From: a virus
Taxonomy: Duplodnaviria > Caudoviricetes
DNA: 46,124 nt
IMG/VR virus record: IMGVR_UViG_3300042914_001187
Span: 1 to 46,124 of that record
Strand: one strand, 5' to 3'
In this document: positions 7,539 to 15,878 of the stretch, one piece after another
Numbering within the stretch: the stretch's first letter is position 1
Layout: each line of letters opens with the position of its first letter
The notes under the pieces: model-generated
Told to the model about the DNA's origin: nothing
Databases searched by the model: none
What the model saw: only the letters and a program-made list of their open reading frames with translations
Made by a program: the position numbers and the translations under genes

Positions 7539-9218
7539 TCAGAATGCGTCCAAGTTTTCCGTGTAAACCCCTGCTGTTTTGTTGTACAGCAAGCTGGTCT
7601 CACCCTGAGACCCTATCCACCTGTAGCGGCACTTCCAGACCGCTATCTCGACAACTGCGCCCTGCCCCCTGTGGACAGTCACGCCGCAGTCTGTCTTTGC
7701 CCACCACGCCATTGACCCGCTGATGCTCATGCCATCTGGGCGGGGCTGATCATTCCCTGATCGCGTCATCTTGGCTGGATGCGCCACGAACCAGCAATGG
7801 ACTTCGTGCGCCATGCAAAACTTCCTCACCTTCGTCAGCATGTTGCTGATCGCCTCAGTCTCAGCTACGTCCTTGCGGCTCATGTCAATGTAGTTGTACG
7901 GGTCAATCACCATGCCCCGAACCCCCATTCGTTTGACCGATGCCCTGGCCCGATCAAGGATCGAGTCCAGCGTGCTTGGCTCTTCCCCGTTTGTGTCCAT
8001 GAAGATGAAGTGATCATTGACCCATTTAAACGCGGCATCCTTGGTCTGCGCATTCATCCTGTCGCGGCCATCGTGGAAACGCATGCCCGTGTAGATTTCC
8101 ATGAGCCTGACAATGTGGGTCTCGGGCTGGTTCTCAAACGAGCAGACCACAAACTTCCAATCGTTTTTCCGGGCGAGGTTGACCATCAACTGATCCACGA
8201 AATTGGACTTGCCCGATGACGGGTAGCCGGTGACGACCGTCAACTGTCCAGGCCCGACCGTGTAGATTTCATCGAGGGACGGGTAGCCGGTGCTGACCCC
8301 GCGCCCGTTGCCTTTGACGTAGAGGTCTTCGATAGACTGTTTAAACTTGCCTGCCTCGCTGATGCCGCTGATCGGATACGGCTCGGCGGCATTGATGACC
8401 GTAGCTACCTGAGAGGGGTGATCAAGCAAAACTTCGTTCAGGTCTTTTTTGTCAAACCTTGCGACCCTGCATTTTTCCTTCCCGATGCGTCTTGCAAGTT
8501 CTTCTGCGAGGGCCTGCCCGGGCGTGTCTTGGTCTGTGGCAAGCACAACGTATGGGGCTGCGTCGAGTATGTCTCGGGCGTTCCAAACATAGGCAAAGCG
8601 TTTATCTTCTGACGGCAGAACCTTCCCGTCGGCCACCTTGATTGGAGCGCCTGCGGGCACGCTGAGTACGTTGTTTAAACCTGCCTCCATCGCTGACAGG
8701 CAATCCATCTCACCTTCAACGATGATGATTGGCTGGCCCTTTTCAATGTGTTCCAGGCCAAAGAAATCATGAGCCCCGCCGCCTTCTTGGGTGAAGTCCT
8801 TCTCTTCAATGGATCGGTACTTGGCTGCGACCAATGCCCCGTTCCTGAAGTATGGGAAACCGATTGATTCGGTGGCCCTGCCAAGCTTGGCAAACCACTT
8901 GTTCGCCGAAAACAGCTTCGCTCTTTCTGCGGTCTGACGACTGATGCCTCTACTCTCCAAGTAAGCGTAGTGCCTGTCCTGTAGCACTTCGCTTGTGATC
9001 ACTGGGTTTGGTACGGCTGACAATTTTCTCTCCTGTTTTTGAAGTTGCACCGATCCCTCTGCGGCGCAATGATGGCAGTGATAGAGCACCGCCCCGTCTG
9101 GCTTACGGGTCAGCGTCATGTCTTTGATGTTTTTTTTCTTGCGCTCTGGCAAGCAGAACGGGCATACGACCCGTGCGGTGTTGTCGAAATACTGCTGACG
9201 CAGAAGTTCTTCAATCAT
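7539..9218 (-). CDS. Bifunctional DNA primase-helicase (T7 gp4/Twinkle-like)
   Basis: Zn finger CPFC...CHHC, TOPRIM (VEGEMD, DQD), SF4 helicase GYPSSGKS, VIDPYN. Confidence 0.93.
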   Translation of the reverse strand: MIEELLRQQYFDNTARVVCPFCLPERKKKNIKDMTLTRKPDGAVLYHCHHCAAEGSVQLQKQERKLSAVPNPVITSEVLQDRHYAYLESRGISRQTAERAKLFSANKWFAKLGRATESIGFPYFRNGALVAAKYRSIEEKDFTQEGGGAHDFFGLEHIEKGQPIIIVEGEMDCLSAMEAGLNNVLSVPAGAPIKVADGKVLPSEDKRFAYVWNARDILDAAPYVVLATDQDTPGQALAEELARRIGKEKCRVARFDKKDLNEVLLDHPSQVATVINAAEPYPISGISEAGKFKQSIEDLYVKGNGRGVSTGYPSLDEIYTVGPGQLTVVTGYPSSGKSNFVDQLMVNLARKNDWKFVVCSFENQPETHIVRLMEIYTGMRFHDGRDRMNAQTKDAAFKWVNDHFIFMDTNGEEPSTLDSILDRARASVKRMGVRGMVIDPYNYIDMSRKDVAETEAISNMLTKVRKFCMAHEVHCWFVAHPAKMTRSGNDQPRPDGMSISGSMAWWAKTDCGVTVHRGQGAVVEIAVWKCRYRWIGSQGETSLLYNKTAGVYTENLDAF

Positions 9219-9463
9219 TTCTGGCTGCCGTCAGACTTCCGTTTAAACGATCTGTTGGCGCTGGCGGACTTGACTCGCAGATTGCTGCGGGTGGTTTTGC
9301 CGCCTTTCCCGAGAGGGGTGATGTGATCTACGTCTTTGCCATCACCCTTGGTGACGACTCCCTCTCTCTCCAACATTCGACGGGCTTTGTTTCTCTGCGC
9401 CCGTTTCTTTTTGACTGCGGGTGTCCCGTCATAGTTCTGATATTCGGCTTTATAGTCGCGCAT
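9215..9463 (-). CDS. HNH endonuclease-like protein
   Basis: DVDHITPL..GG...SNLRV...ANRS. Confidence 0.8.
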   Translation of the reverse strand: MRDYKAEYQNYDGTPAVKKKRAQRNKARRMLEREGVVTKGDGKDVDHITPLGKGGKTTRSNLRVKSASANRSFKRKSDGSQK

Positions 9464-9571
9464 GGTGTTGCTCCTGCTAAAGGTGGGGTACTCCAGACTG
9501 TTCCTTACCTACCTGACATTCCATGGATGTATGGCACGGCGCGGAGGTGCGTGAGGTGATCAACGCTCAGG

Positions 9572-9796
9572 CTAGTGTCTGTTTCCCCCGTCATCTGACA
9601 TTGTTGATTCAATGATGCCGATCATCAGACTGAGCATCGTGACTTCGTCCATGTCGAACGTGGCAAGGCTGATCTTGCCATCGCGCAGGGTCACAACGAA
9701 CCCCGCAGCATCACCATTCTTCATGTCGATGTAAGCTTTACCGATCAGGTTTAACGACTTCTCCCGGTCGATAACCAGTGTGTCATCTTTGTCCAT
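9572..9796 (-). CDS. Hypothetical protein
   Basis: GGAGG SD before ATG 9796 (MDKDDT...). Confidence 0.6.
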   Translation of the reverse strand: MDKDDTLVIDREKSLNLIGKAYIDMKNGDAAGFVVTLRDGKISLATFDMDEVTMLSLMIGIIESTMSDDGGNRH

Positions 9797-9854
9797 CGGG
9801 CCTCCGTTTAAATTGGATACCCGAGAAGGGTGACCACAATTGAGTTTAACGAAC

Positions 9855-10199
9855 TCATGACTTGCCATCAATCAGGAAAGACGCGAACATGTGAGCCATG
9901 GCGGTGATTTCTTGCGCCGACATGGCATCACCGTACCCCATGTGCGTCTTGGCTATCTCACATGCCTCATTGAGTGCCACCACCCTCATGTGCTGCGTCT
10001 TCTCCAGCCATTCTTCTCGCTCCTTCATCGCCGTGGCATCGGTCTGCGGGACTGTGTATGTGCCTTCAAAAACTGCCCGATCTATCGCCGCCGCACTTAT
10101 CGCCGTATTCACCGTATTCCAATTCTCACGCCGCGCTTGCCGCGCAGCCTCAGATATCTTCTTCTCTACCATCTTTGCCGTCTCTTCTACGATACCCAT
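9855..10199 (-). CDS. Hypothetical protein
   Basis: AGGAG SD; same orientation as the operon. Confidence 0.65.
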   Translation of the reverse strand: MGIVEETAKMVEKKISEAARQARRENWNTVNTAISAAAIDRAVFEGTYTVPQTDATAMKEREEWLEKTQHMRVVALNEACEIAKTHMGYGDAMSAQEITAMAHMFASFLIDGKS

Positions 10200-10347
10200 C
10201 GCTTTCTCCTGTTGTTAAAACACTTTCAAAGTTGCCTGAGACGGGTGACCTAACCTCATACCTTCCACAACCCATGCACCGCCACGCCGTCCTGTTCTTC
10301 GTCAGTTCACTCTGACTTATCACTCCACCACACTTACACATCCTCAT
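10150..10347 (-). CDS. Small Zn-ribbon protein
   Basis: CKCGG...WRCMGCGR. Confidence 0.55.
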   Translation of the reverse strand: MRMCKCGGVISQSELTKNRTAWRCMGCGRYEVRSPVSGNFESVLTTGESDGYRRRDGKDGREEDI

Positions 10348-10364
10348 ATCCCTGTATTCCCCCT

Positions 10365-10590
10365 ATGCTCTTTGGTGGATGTTGGAGCAAAGCACAGCCT
10401 TACCGTGGTCACAACCAAGGATCGCTCTGTGCTTATGCTCTTCGGAGCCATGTCCTCGCATCACACTACCCCAGACTTGTTTCAACCACCGCGCTCTAGG
10501 GTTCGCCCACGCTCCCCGCTTTGGCTTGCTCGTGTAGCGGGGTTAAATCAAGCGCCACCACCGACGTACCGCATGGCGCTTATGCTGGGA
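10365..10590. ncRNA. Unassigned multi-hairpin element upstream of the replication operon
   Basis: Stems AAGCACAG/CTGTGCTT, GCTC-TTCG-GAGC, GGG-TTCG-CCC, CCCCGCT/AGCGGGG, AAGCGCCA/TGGCGCTT. Confidence 0.5.
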
Positions 10591-10601
10591 GTGAAACGGG
10601 C

Positions 10602-10716
10602 AAGAAAAAGCCGCTAGAACAGACCCCGGTGAGAAACCATCCTTTTGTGAAGGCGGCACCCCTGTCGGGGTCGGAGTCTGATCTAGCGGCTCGATCCTGC
10701 TGGTTTCTCACGCCAA
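10602..10716 (-). promoter_or_regulatory. Attenuator-like leader (c4-a1b1-like)
   Basis: Terminator stem AGCCGCTAGA/TCTAGCGGCT plus a U tract on the minus strand, and a competing 11-bp inverted repeat GTGAGAAACCA/TGGTTTCTCAC. Confidence 0.55.
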
Positions 10717-10727
10717 GCAGTGAATGA

Positions 10728-10757
10728 ACTTTACCGGAACATTGATGACCCTGTCAA
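10728..10757 (-). promoter_or_regulatory. sigma70 promoter for the replication operon
   Basis: TTGACA (10757-10752), 18-bp spacer, TAAAGT (10733-10728). Confidence 0.6.
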
Positions 10758-10777
10758 GGGGTCAACAAAGATTTTTT

Positions 10778-10891
10778 TCAGGCAGTGCAGGTGACCACAC
10801 GGCCATTGGCTGTGATGGCGTGGGTGGTGCATTGAGCCCAGGCGCTGGTGGCCAGGGCAATGCTCAATGTGGCAAGGATACGTTTGGCCAT
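10778..10891 (-). CDS. Small secreted peptide (37 aa), possibly truncated
   Basis: MAKRILATLSIALATSAWA signal peptide followed by QCTTHAITANGRVVTCTA. Confidence 0.55.
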   Translation of the reverse strand: MAKRILATLSIALATSAWAQCTTHAITANGRVVTCTA

Positions 10892-10903
10892 ATCTTGTGG
10901 GGC

Positions 10904-11056
10904 GTTGGTAGCCGGTGCTGATCTCCGGCATCCCCAGCCTCGAAAGACAAGGGTTGACTACTCAAGCACCAAGATGTCGTTAAGGGACTTGCCAACGCAA
11001 AGCGCCGAGCATCCGAGTGTCTTTGGTTTTGCGTATCAGCCTACGCATTCACCAAC
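10904..11056 (-). ncRNA. C4-like antisense RNA
   Basis: 5' GTTGGTGAATGCGTAGGCTGATACGC ... GCCGGAGATCAGCACCGGCTACCAAC 3', with a closing stem; matches the C4 pattern as recalled. Confidence 0.7.
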
Positions 11057-11130
11057 ACGGCTGGGGACTGAGCTACTACCCTACTCGCGCATGCGCTTTC
11101 AGAGCTTCACCCAATCCCCATGCGTCTTGG
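11052..11130 (-). ncRNA. c4-2-like RNA
   Basis: CCAAGACGCATGGGGATT ... AGTCCCCAGCCGTGTTGG forms an interrupted closing stem; family name from recall. Confidence 0.6.
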
Positions 11131-11154
11131 TTGTTGTTATCCTCCGCGACCCGG

Positions 11155-11183
11155 AGGATAACAACCTGCGAAAGGTTTGTCAA
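11155..11183 (-). promoter_or_regulatory. sigma70 promoter for the C4-like RNAs
   Basis: TTGACA (11183-11178), 17-bp spacer, TATCCT (11160-11155); GTTTAAAC at 11191 just upstream. Confidence 0.7.
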
Positions 11184-11221
11184 GTTGTATGTTTAAACAT
11201 GTACATTCTCCACAGGAGGGC

Positions 11222-11248
11222 GTAACGGGTGTAACGGGTGTAACGGGT
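11222..11248 (+). repeat. Three tandem copies of GTAACGGGT upstream of a TATACT -10 box
   Basis: Copies at 11222, 11231 and 11240; TATACT at 11257-11262. Confidence 0.75.
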
Positions 11249-11292
11249 ATCAGGGGTATACTGACGGCGCGGGTCGTCTCCACCCGCCTGCT

Positions 11293-11742
11293 TTACGCAG
11301 TTGCCTCTCTCTTGCCCCGCCCCGTGCGGGGCTTTTTTTCTGGGGCGATGGCAGGAATGCATTCCACGATGATCTCTGTCCGGGGCTTGTCTGGGTCAAG
11401 ATTCCAATAGATGTGCTTTTCTTTGACCTGCCGGTCGTTCTCATAGATCAGGCCCTGCATCAGGTCAAGGATCAAAGACTCATCCAAGTCTGGCCTGCGT
11501 GAGGCGTAGTGAATCCACATGGTCACCCTCAAATCACCCTTCATCAGCACCGCCAGGGGCGAGCATTGCTGTTTAAACGCCTCTGAGTAGGACAAAGCCT
11601 TCGACGACTTGATCAATCGGCTGACGTTGCCAAAGCGCACGATCTTGCGGCTGTTCGCCTTGGACGCAGGCTCACCAAAAATAATTTGTGATATCGCTTG
11701 CAAACCTTCTTTGCTTGCACTATGATCCTCGCTCACTGACAT
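11293..11742 (-). CDS. rusA: RusA-like Holliday junction resolvase (start uncertain)
   Basis: GEPASKANSR, RRPDLD...ILDLMQGLIYENDRQV, PRTEI. Confidence 0.82.
   Translation of the reverse strand: MSVSEDHSASKEGLQAISQIIFGEPASKANSRKIVRFGNVSRLIKSSKALSYSEAFKQQCSPLAVLMKGDLRVTMWIHYASRRPDLDESLILDLMQGLIYENDRQVKEKHIYWNLDPDKPRTEIIVECIPAIAPEKKPRTGRGKREATA
11314..11339 (+). terminator. Intrinsic terminator of a candidate sRNA
   Basis: GCCCCGC-CCCGT-GCGGGGC-TTTTTTT. Confidence 0.75.
11698..11726 (+). promoter_or_regulatory. sigma70 promoter for the recombination operon
   Basis: TTGCAA, 17-bp spacer, TATGAT; GGAG SD and ATG at 11762. Confidence 0.7.
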
Positions 11743-11761
11743 TTTTACCCCCTGGAGACCC

Positions 11762-12646
11762 ATGAAAGTTACGAACGTTCACAATGTACCACAGCCCCTT
11801 GTCACTCTGGCTGAAGGCAAATACTACAGCAAGGGCAAGGCCGACTACAGCGTCACTGAACTCATGTCTCCGCCCAGGGTGCAGCGCCTGAGGGCGCAGC
11901 ATGACGACGACATGGTGCAGGATGTATCTGACATGCTATGGCCACTCCTGGGCTCTGCGCTGCATGTCGTGATGGAGAGGGGGGAGACATCAGGCTGGGT
12001 CTCAGAAGAGCGTTTATTCACTGAGGTGGATGGGGTGACGGTCTCCGGGGCGATTGACCTTCAGGAGCGTACGCCGAGAGGGGTGATCATCGTTGACTAC
12101 AAGTTCACCTCTGCCTGGGCCGTCATGAACACCAAGATTGAGTGGGAGCAGCAACTCAACGTGTACAAGTGGCTGGTTGAGCGGGTCAAGAAGACCCCGG
12201 TGGTGGGGCTTCGCATCTGTTCCCTGATCAGGGACTTCAGCCGCCATGAGACCAAAGAGGGCTACCCCAAGGCCCCGATACATATGGTTGAAATCCCGAT
12301 GTGGGACGCAGTTAAGGCCGAGGCGTACGTGCGGGAGCGTCTTGAGATGCACCGCAACTCCAAGCTGGCCGCAGATTTTGGTGAGACGCTGCCTGAGTGC
12401 TCGCCAGAAGAACGGTGGATGTCTGAGACGACATACGCCGTTAAACGTGACGGGCGCAAGACTGCGATCCGTGTTTTCAAAACCATAGAGGAAGCCAAAG
12501 AGTTGGCAGAAAAGGAGAAAGGCTATGTCGAGACGCGGCTTGGAGAGCCAAAGCGTTGCACCGGCAACTACTGCGGGGCGGCCCAGTGGTGCGACCAGTA
12601 TCAGATGGAACTCATCGCCCAACCATTTAGCAACACAAGCAATTAA
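11762..12646 (+). CDS. PD-(D/E)XK exonuclease (RecB/Cas4-like)
   Basis: GSALH, SGAID...IVDYK, QLNVY, C-terminal C...YC....WC. Confidence 0.82.
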   Translation: MKVTNVHNVPQPLVTLAEGKYYSKGKADYSVTELMSPPRVQRLRAQHDDDMVQDVSDMLWPLLGSALHVVMERGETSGWVSEERLFTEVDGVTVSGAIDLQERTPRGVIIVDYKFTSAWAVMNTKIEWEQQLNVYKWLVERVKKTPVVGLRICSLIRDFSRHETKEGYPKAPIHMVEIPMWDAVKAEAYVRERLEMHRNSKLAADFGETLPECSPEERWMSETTYAVKRDGRKTAIRVFKTIEEAKELAEKEKGYVETRLGEPKRCTGNYCGAAQWCDQYQMELIAQPFSNTSN

Positions 12647-12657
12647 AGGTGGGGCAA

Positions 12658-13014
12658 ATGAAAGATAGGATCGCCGCACAGTTTGAAGCATTTCACACCG
12701 ATCACCCGTGGGTTTATAGCCGACTTAAAGAATTGGCTTTGGACATTAAAAGAACGGGCCGCAACCATTACGGCATGAAGGCGTTGTTTGAGGTGCTGCG
12801 CTTTGAACATGCAATAGCGACAAACAAATCTGATGGCCTCAAGTTAAACAACAACTACACCGCCTTGTATGCCCGTAAGTTGGGGCAGGAGGCGCCTGAG
12901 TTGGAGAACTTCTTTAAGTACCGAGAACGCAGAGCACGCTGGACAAGTGGTCAGGTGACTTACCCCGGTGATGCCATATCACGAGAGGTAGACGCATGGG
13001 ATAGAAACGTTTAA
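12658..13014 (+). CDS. Conserved phage hypothetical protein
   Basis: FH..HP.VY...LNNNYTALYAR pattern; GGTGGGG SD. Confidence 0.7.
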   Translation: MKDRIAAQFEAFHTDHPWVYSRLKELALDIKRTGRNHYGMKALFEVLRFEHAIATNKSDGLKLNNNYTALYARKLGQEAPELENFFKYRERRARWTSGQVTYPGDAISREVDAWDRNV

Positions 13015-13056
13015 ATACAAAAACTTTTGCAACCAAACCAATGATTGGAGAACCGC

Positions 13057-13746
13057 ATGACGCCGAGTGAGTTACTCAAGGTCAACGTCAACGACCACGT
13101 TGAGAAGAAGCAGGGCCTGTCATACCTTTCCTGGGCCTGGGCCTGGGCAGAGGCTTTGAAGGCAGACCCAATGGCAACCTTTCAAATCCAGATGTTTGAA
13201 GGCCAGCCATACCTGCGCATCAACGACACGGCCATGGTCATGGTTACTGTGACTATGTTCAACAAGCCGATCACCTGCTTCTTGCCGGTGATGAACGGGG
13301 CCAACAAGCCCATCACGTTCGACGGCAGGAAGATACAGACCCGCAACGGTGAGATCATCGAGAAGATTGACAGCTTCAACGTGAACACCGCGCTGATGCG
13401 CTGCCTGACCAAGGGTCTGGCGCTGCACGGATTGGGTCTGTACATCTATGCCGGTGAAGACCTGCCAGAGGCTGAACCCGTCAAGGTCATGCCCGTGGAT
13501 CAAAGCACCGGAGAGATCAAGGCTGAAGTCAAGATGGACACCGGCAGCGACGAAGCAAACGCCAAGCTGTTCGCTGAAGGAATGATCAAGTACTCAAGCT
13601 TGGTCAAAGACCTGAAGGATTTAAACAGCTACTGGAAGGCCAACCAAGGCCAACTGGACAAGCTGAAGACCAGCCACCCTGAACTCTATGAGAACGTTCG
13701 CAACACCTTCGCCCACATCAAACTTTCATTTCAACCCAAGGAGTAA
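13057..13746 (+). CDS. Sak3/DUF1071-like ssDNA annealing protein
   Basis: VEKKQGLSYLSWAWAW, LPVM, NTALMRCLTK.LALHGLGLYIYAGEDLP. Confidence 0.85.
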   Translation: MTPSELLKVNVNDHVEKKQGLSYLSWAWAWAEALKADPMATFQIQMFEGQPYLRINDTAMVMVTVTMFNKPITCFLPVMNGANKPITFDGRKIQTRNGEIIEKIDSFNVNTALMRCLTKGLALHGLGLYIYAGEDLPEAEPVKVMPVDQSTGEIKAEVKMDTGSDEANAKLFAEGMIKYSSLVKDLKDLNSYWKANQGQLDKLKTSHPELYENVRNTFAHIKLSFQPKE

Positions 13747-13748
13747 TC

Positions 13749-14039
13749 ATGTCTGAATACAAACCCTATCCCGATTCCGGTTCCCTGCGTGCAAGCCAGA
13801 CCAAAAAGGGGAACAAGTCCCCCGACTACTGGGGCAACGTGGCCATCAACCTGAAAGACTTGACCAACATCCAGACCGTGGATGGCCTGACTGTGGTCAA
13901 GCTTAGTGGCTGGAAGAAGCAAGACAAGCAGGGCAAGACGTACCTGTCACTTGCTGTTGACCGCTTTGTTCCCCAGCAGCAGAGTGCCCCCGTCCGTCAA
14001 GATGACGGCCTGGATGATGGTTCTGATGTCCCGTTTTAA
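13749..14039 (+). CDS. ssDNA-binding-like protein
   Basis: PDYWG, LSGW, YLSL and an acidic DDGSDVPF tail; follows the annealase. Confidence 0.7.
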   Translation: MSEYKPYPDSGSLRASQTKKGNKSPDYWGNVAINLKDLTNIQTVDGLTVVKLSGWKKQDKQGKTYLSLAVDRFVPQQQSAPVRQDDGLDDGSDVPF

Positions 14040-14057
14040 TTAAAAAGGAGAAGAGAG

Positions 14058-14594
14058 ATGCGTACCCGTTCAACCCCGTCCCGTGTTAAAGAGTTGTCCC
14101 GCTGGATCACCAAGAACCGCAAGGCCACAGTCCATGACTTTGTCAGGGAAACCGGCGGCAGGCCAACTCAGTACTATCACATCCGCGCCAACCTTGGTCT
14201 TGCCAAAAAGAACCCGACTCTGTCTGACGCCATGAAAAAGGCCAGTCAGCGCCGCAAGGAAAAGACTCCAGCCGCCAAGCCGGTCGATCTTGAAGCCATG
14301 CGAAAGGACAACGAAGAGTTCCTGGCAGGCAAGCCCCAACCGAAGCAGGAAGTGGTCGTTGAGGGCAACACCCCTGACTTCATCTGGTACGAAATGGACT
14401 TGATGCAGCGCCGTCTCGGTGATGTGTCTACCCGTTTAAACCATGTGATGAAGGTGGCCCATGCCCGCGACGCAGACCAGAAGAAGATGATGCGTGACCT
14501 CATCAATGAGAACACCACTCTGCGAGTTGAGAACAACAACCTCAAGCATCAGGTGTCTGAGTTGACGGAGATGATTAATGGCACTCCAGTTTGA
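14058..14594 (+). CDS. Basic N-terminus plus coiled-coil protein (possible DNA-binding)
   Basis: AGGAG SD; heptad-like C-terminus. Confidence 0.65.
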   Translation: MRTRSTPSRVKELSRWITKNRKATVHDFVRETGGRPTQYYHIRANLGLAKKNPTLSDAMKKASQRRKEKTPAAKPVDLEAMRKDNEEFLAGKPQPKQEVVVEGNTPDFIWYEMDLMQRRLGDVSTRLNHVMKVAHARDADQKKMMRDLINENTTLRVENNNLKHQVSELTEMINGTPV

Positions 14595-14988
14595 GGCCAG
14601 GAAGGTAGCGATGAAGCAAGACCGGACAGGTTTTGTTTTAACGCTATCTATCCACCCCGACGACTTGCCAGAGGAACTGATCCGTGACTTTGTCGGGGCA
14701 AGATATGCCTGCGCCATTGTCCGGATTCAGGATGATGAGTCTCCAACCGCGTACGTCAACCGAGTTCAAAAGGCGGGGATGCTTTGCCGCAATCCCGCTT
14801 TCCAAGAGTTCGTGGCTGCGCGGCTGGTTGGCCACTCTGTCAATGAGGATCAAACCGCAGCCGCCCTGTGCAAGCAGTGCGGTATCACATCTCGATCAGA
14901 ACTCAACGGCAACACCAAGGCTCAAGAAATGTTTGACGCCATCGTCCTTGATTTTGAAAACTGGAGCACAGATGCCGATTCCTTCTAA
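14578..14988 (+). CDS. Phage hypothetical protein
   Basis: GGAG SD; LCR...FQ...CGITSRSEL pattern. Confidence 0.7.
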   Translation: MALQFEARKVAMKQDRTGFVLTLSIHPDDLPEELIRDFVGARYACAIVRIQDDESPTAYVNRVQKAGMLCRNPAFQEFVAARLVGHSVNEDQTAAALCKQCGITSRSELNGNTKAQEMFDAIVLDFENWSTDADSF

Positions 14989-15313
14989 CAACTACAAGCC
15001 TTTCTTGACGTACTTGGAGCCGAAAGAGTACATCAAGCTTAAAAGGTTTGCCGCCAAGAACAAGATGCCAATGACTCAGCTTGTTCGGGAAGCGGTGACG
15101 GCCCGAATCGCAGGCGGCAACGCCTACGTGGATGGGTTCAATGACGGGCTTCAGACGGCCATAGACGCCGTCAACGCAATGAAACACGCGCAGATGAGGT
15201 TCCCGTCAGGGAAGTCCTTTGCTGAACTGGTAACAGACGACCTGATCGTTCGTCGCATGAAGGAGGCCGACAGTGAATCTGAAGGGTCAAAGGAACCAGT
15301 GCCGGGGGTGTGA
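14972..15313 (+). CDS. Ribbon-helix-helix-like DNA-binding protein
   Basis: FLTYLEPKEYIKLKRFAAKNKMPMTQLVREAV; GGAG SD before ATG 14972. Confidence 0.65.
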   Translation: MPIPSNNYKPFLTYLEPKEYIKLKRFAAKNKMPMTQLVREAVTARIAGGNAYVDGFNDGLQTAIDAVNAMKHAQMRFPSGKSFAELVTDDLIVRRMKEADSESEGSKEPVPGV

Positions 15314-15503
15314 TCAATACTTCAACAGCAATAAAGCCTTTGACAAGCACAGGAGGGGGCAGCCCGGACATGACCGGCGGTGCCTCACCCCCGAAGAAAT
15401 GCTTGCAAAGGGAATGAGTTTAAACATCTATGGTTTTTGGGTCACCATGGCCATGGCTGATAAAGCGGCCAAAGTTTTAAAAGGAGATAGAGATGGAGAG
15501 TAG
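15273..15503 (+). CDS. FDxHR-type zinc-binding protein
   Basis: CRGCDQYF....AFDKHR...RCL. Confidence 0.7.
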   Translation: MNLKGQRNQCRGCDQYFNSNKAFDKHRRGQPGHDRRCLTPEEMLAKGMSLNIYGFWVTMAMADKAAKVLKGDRDGE

Positions 15504-15675
15504 GCGTACAGACCCCTGGATTCCTGTGGGTCACCCTGATTTCAAATGGACATCAGGTGCGGATGTGCAAGCCACATGGCGCAAGTACGGGTGGGTGCCG
15601 CCCAGTGAGACACGCCCACCTATTGTGTTGGAGAACAAAGAGCCAGCGTGGGTGGCGATGAGGCGGGTCAAATGA
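15493..15675 (+). CDS. Hypothetical protein
   Basis: AGGAG SD; DVQATWRKYGW. Confidence 0.6.
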   Translation: MESRRTDPWIPVGHPDFKWTSGADVQATWRKYGWVPPSETRPPIVLENKEPAWVAMRRVK

Positions 15676-15878
15676 AGGCCATACTTGAGTTCACTTACCC
15701 CGAGGATGAGGATAAGCTGCGTCATGCCATGCACGGTGACACTGCCATCTACGCCCTCGATGACATGCGGCAGATGATCCACTCATGGGAAAAGCACGAT
15801 GGAGCCAATCCAGGCGCTATGGTCGAGCGGCTCAAGCTGCGGGTGGTGGATGCGTTAACAGCCTGCGGGGAGGTGTGA
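15672..15878 (+). CDS. Hypothetical protein (MKAILEF.YPED)
   Basis: ATGA overlap with the upstream gene. Confidence 0.65.
   Translation: MKAILEFTYPEDEDKLRHAMHGDTAIYALDDMRQMIHSWEKHDGANPGAMVERLKLRVVDALTACGEV

Noticed and set aside
9464-9571. Intergenic stretch with GGTGGGGTACTCC and weak hairpins as an ncRNA
   Set aside because: Only short, ambiguous stems; not enough to call without a covariance search.
11222-11248. Short repeats as a CRISPR array, with the 11762 gene as cas4
   Set aside because: The 9-bp repeats have no spacers, and the nuclease sits with an annealase and SSB-like gene in a recombination operon.
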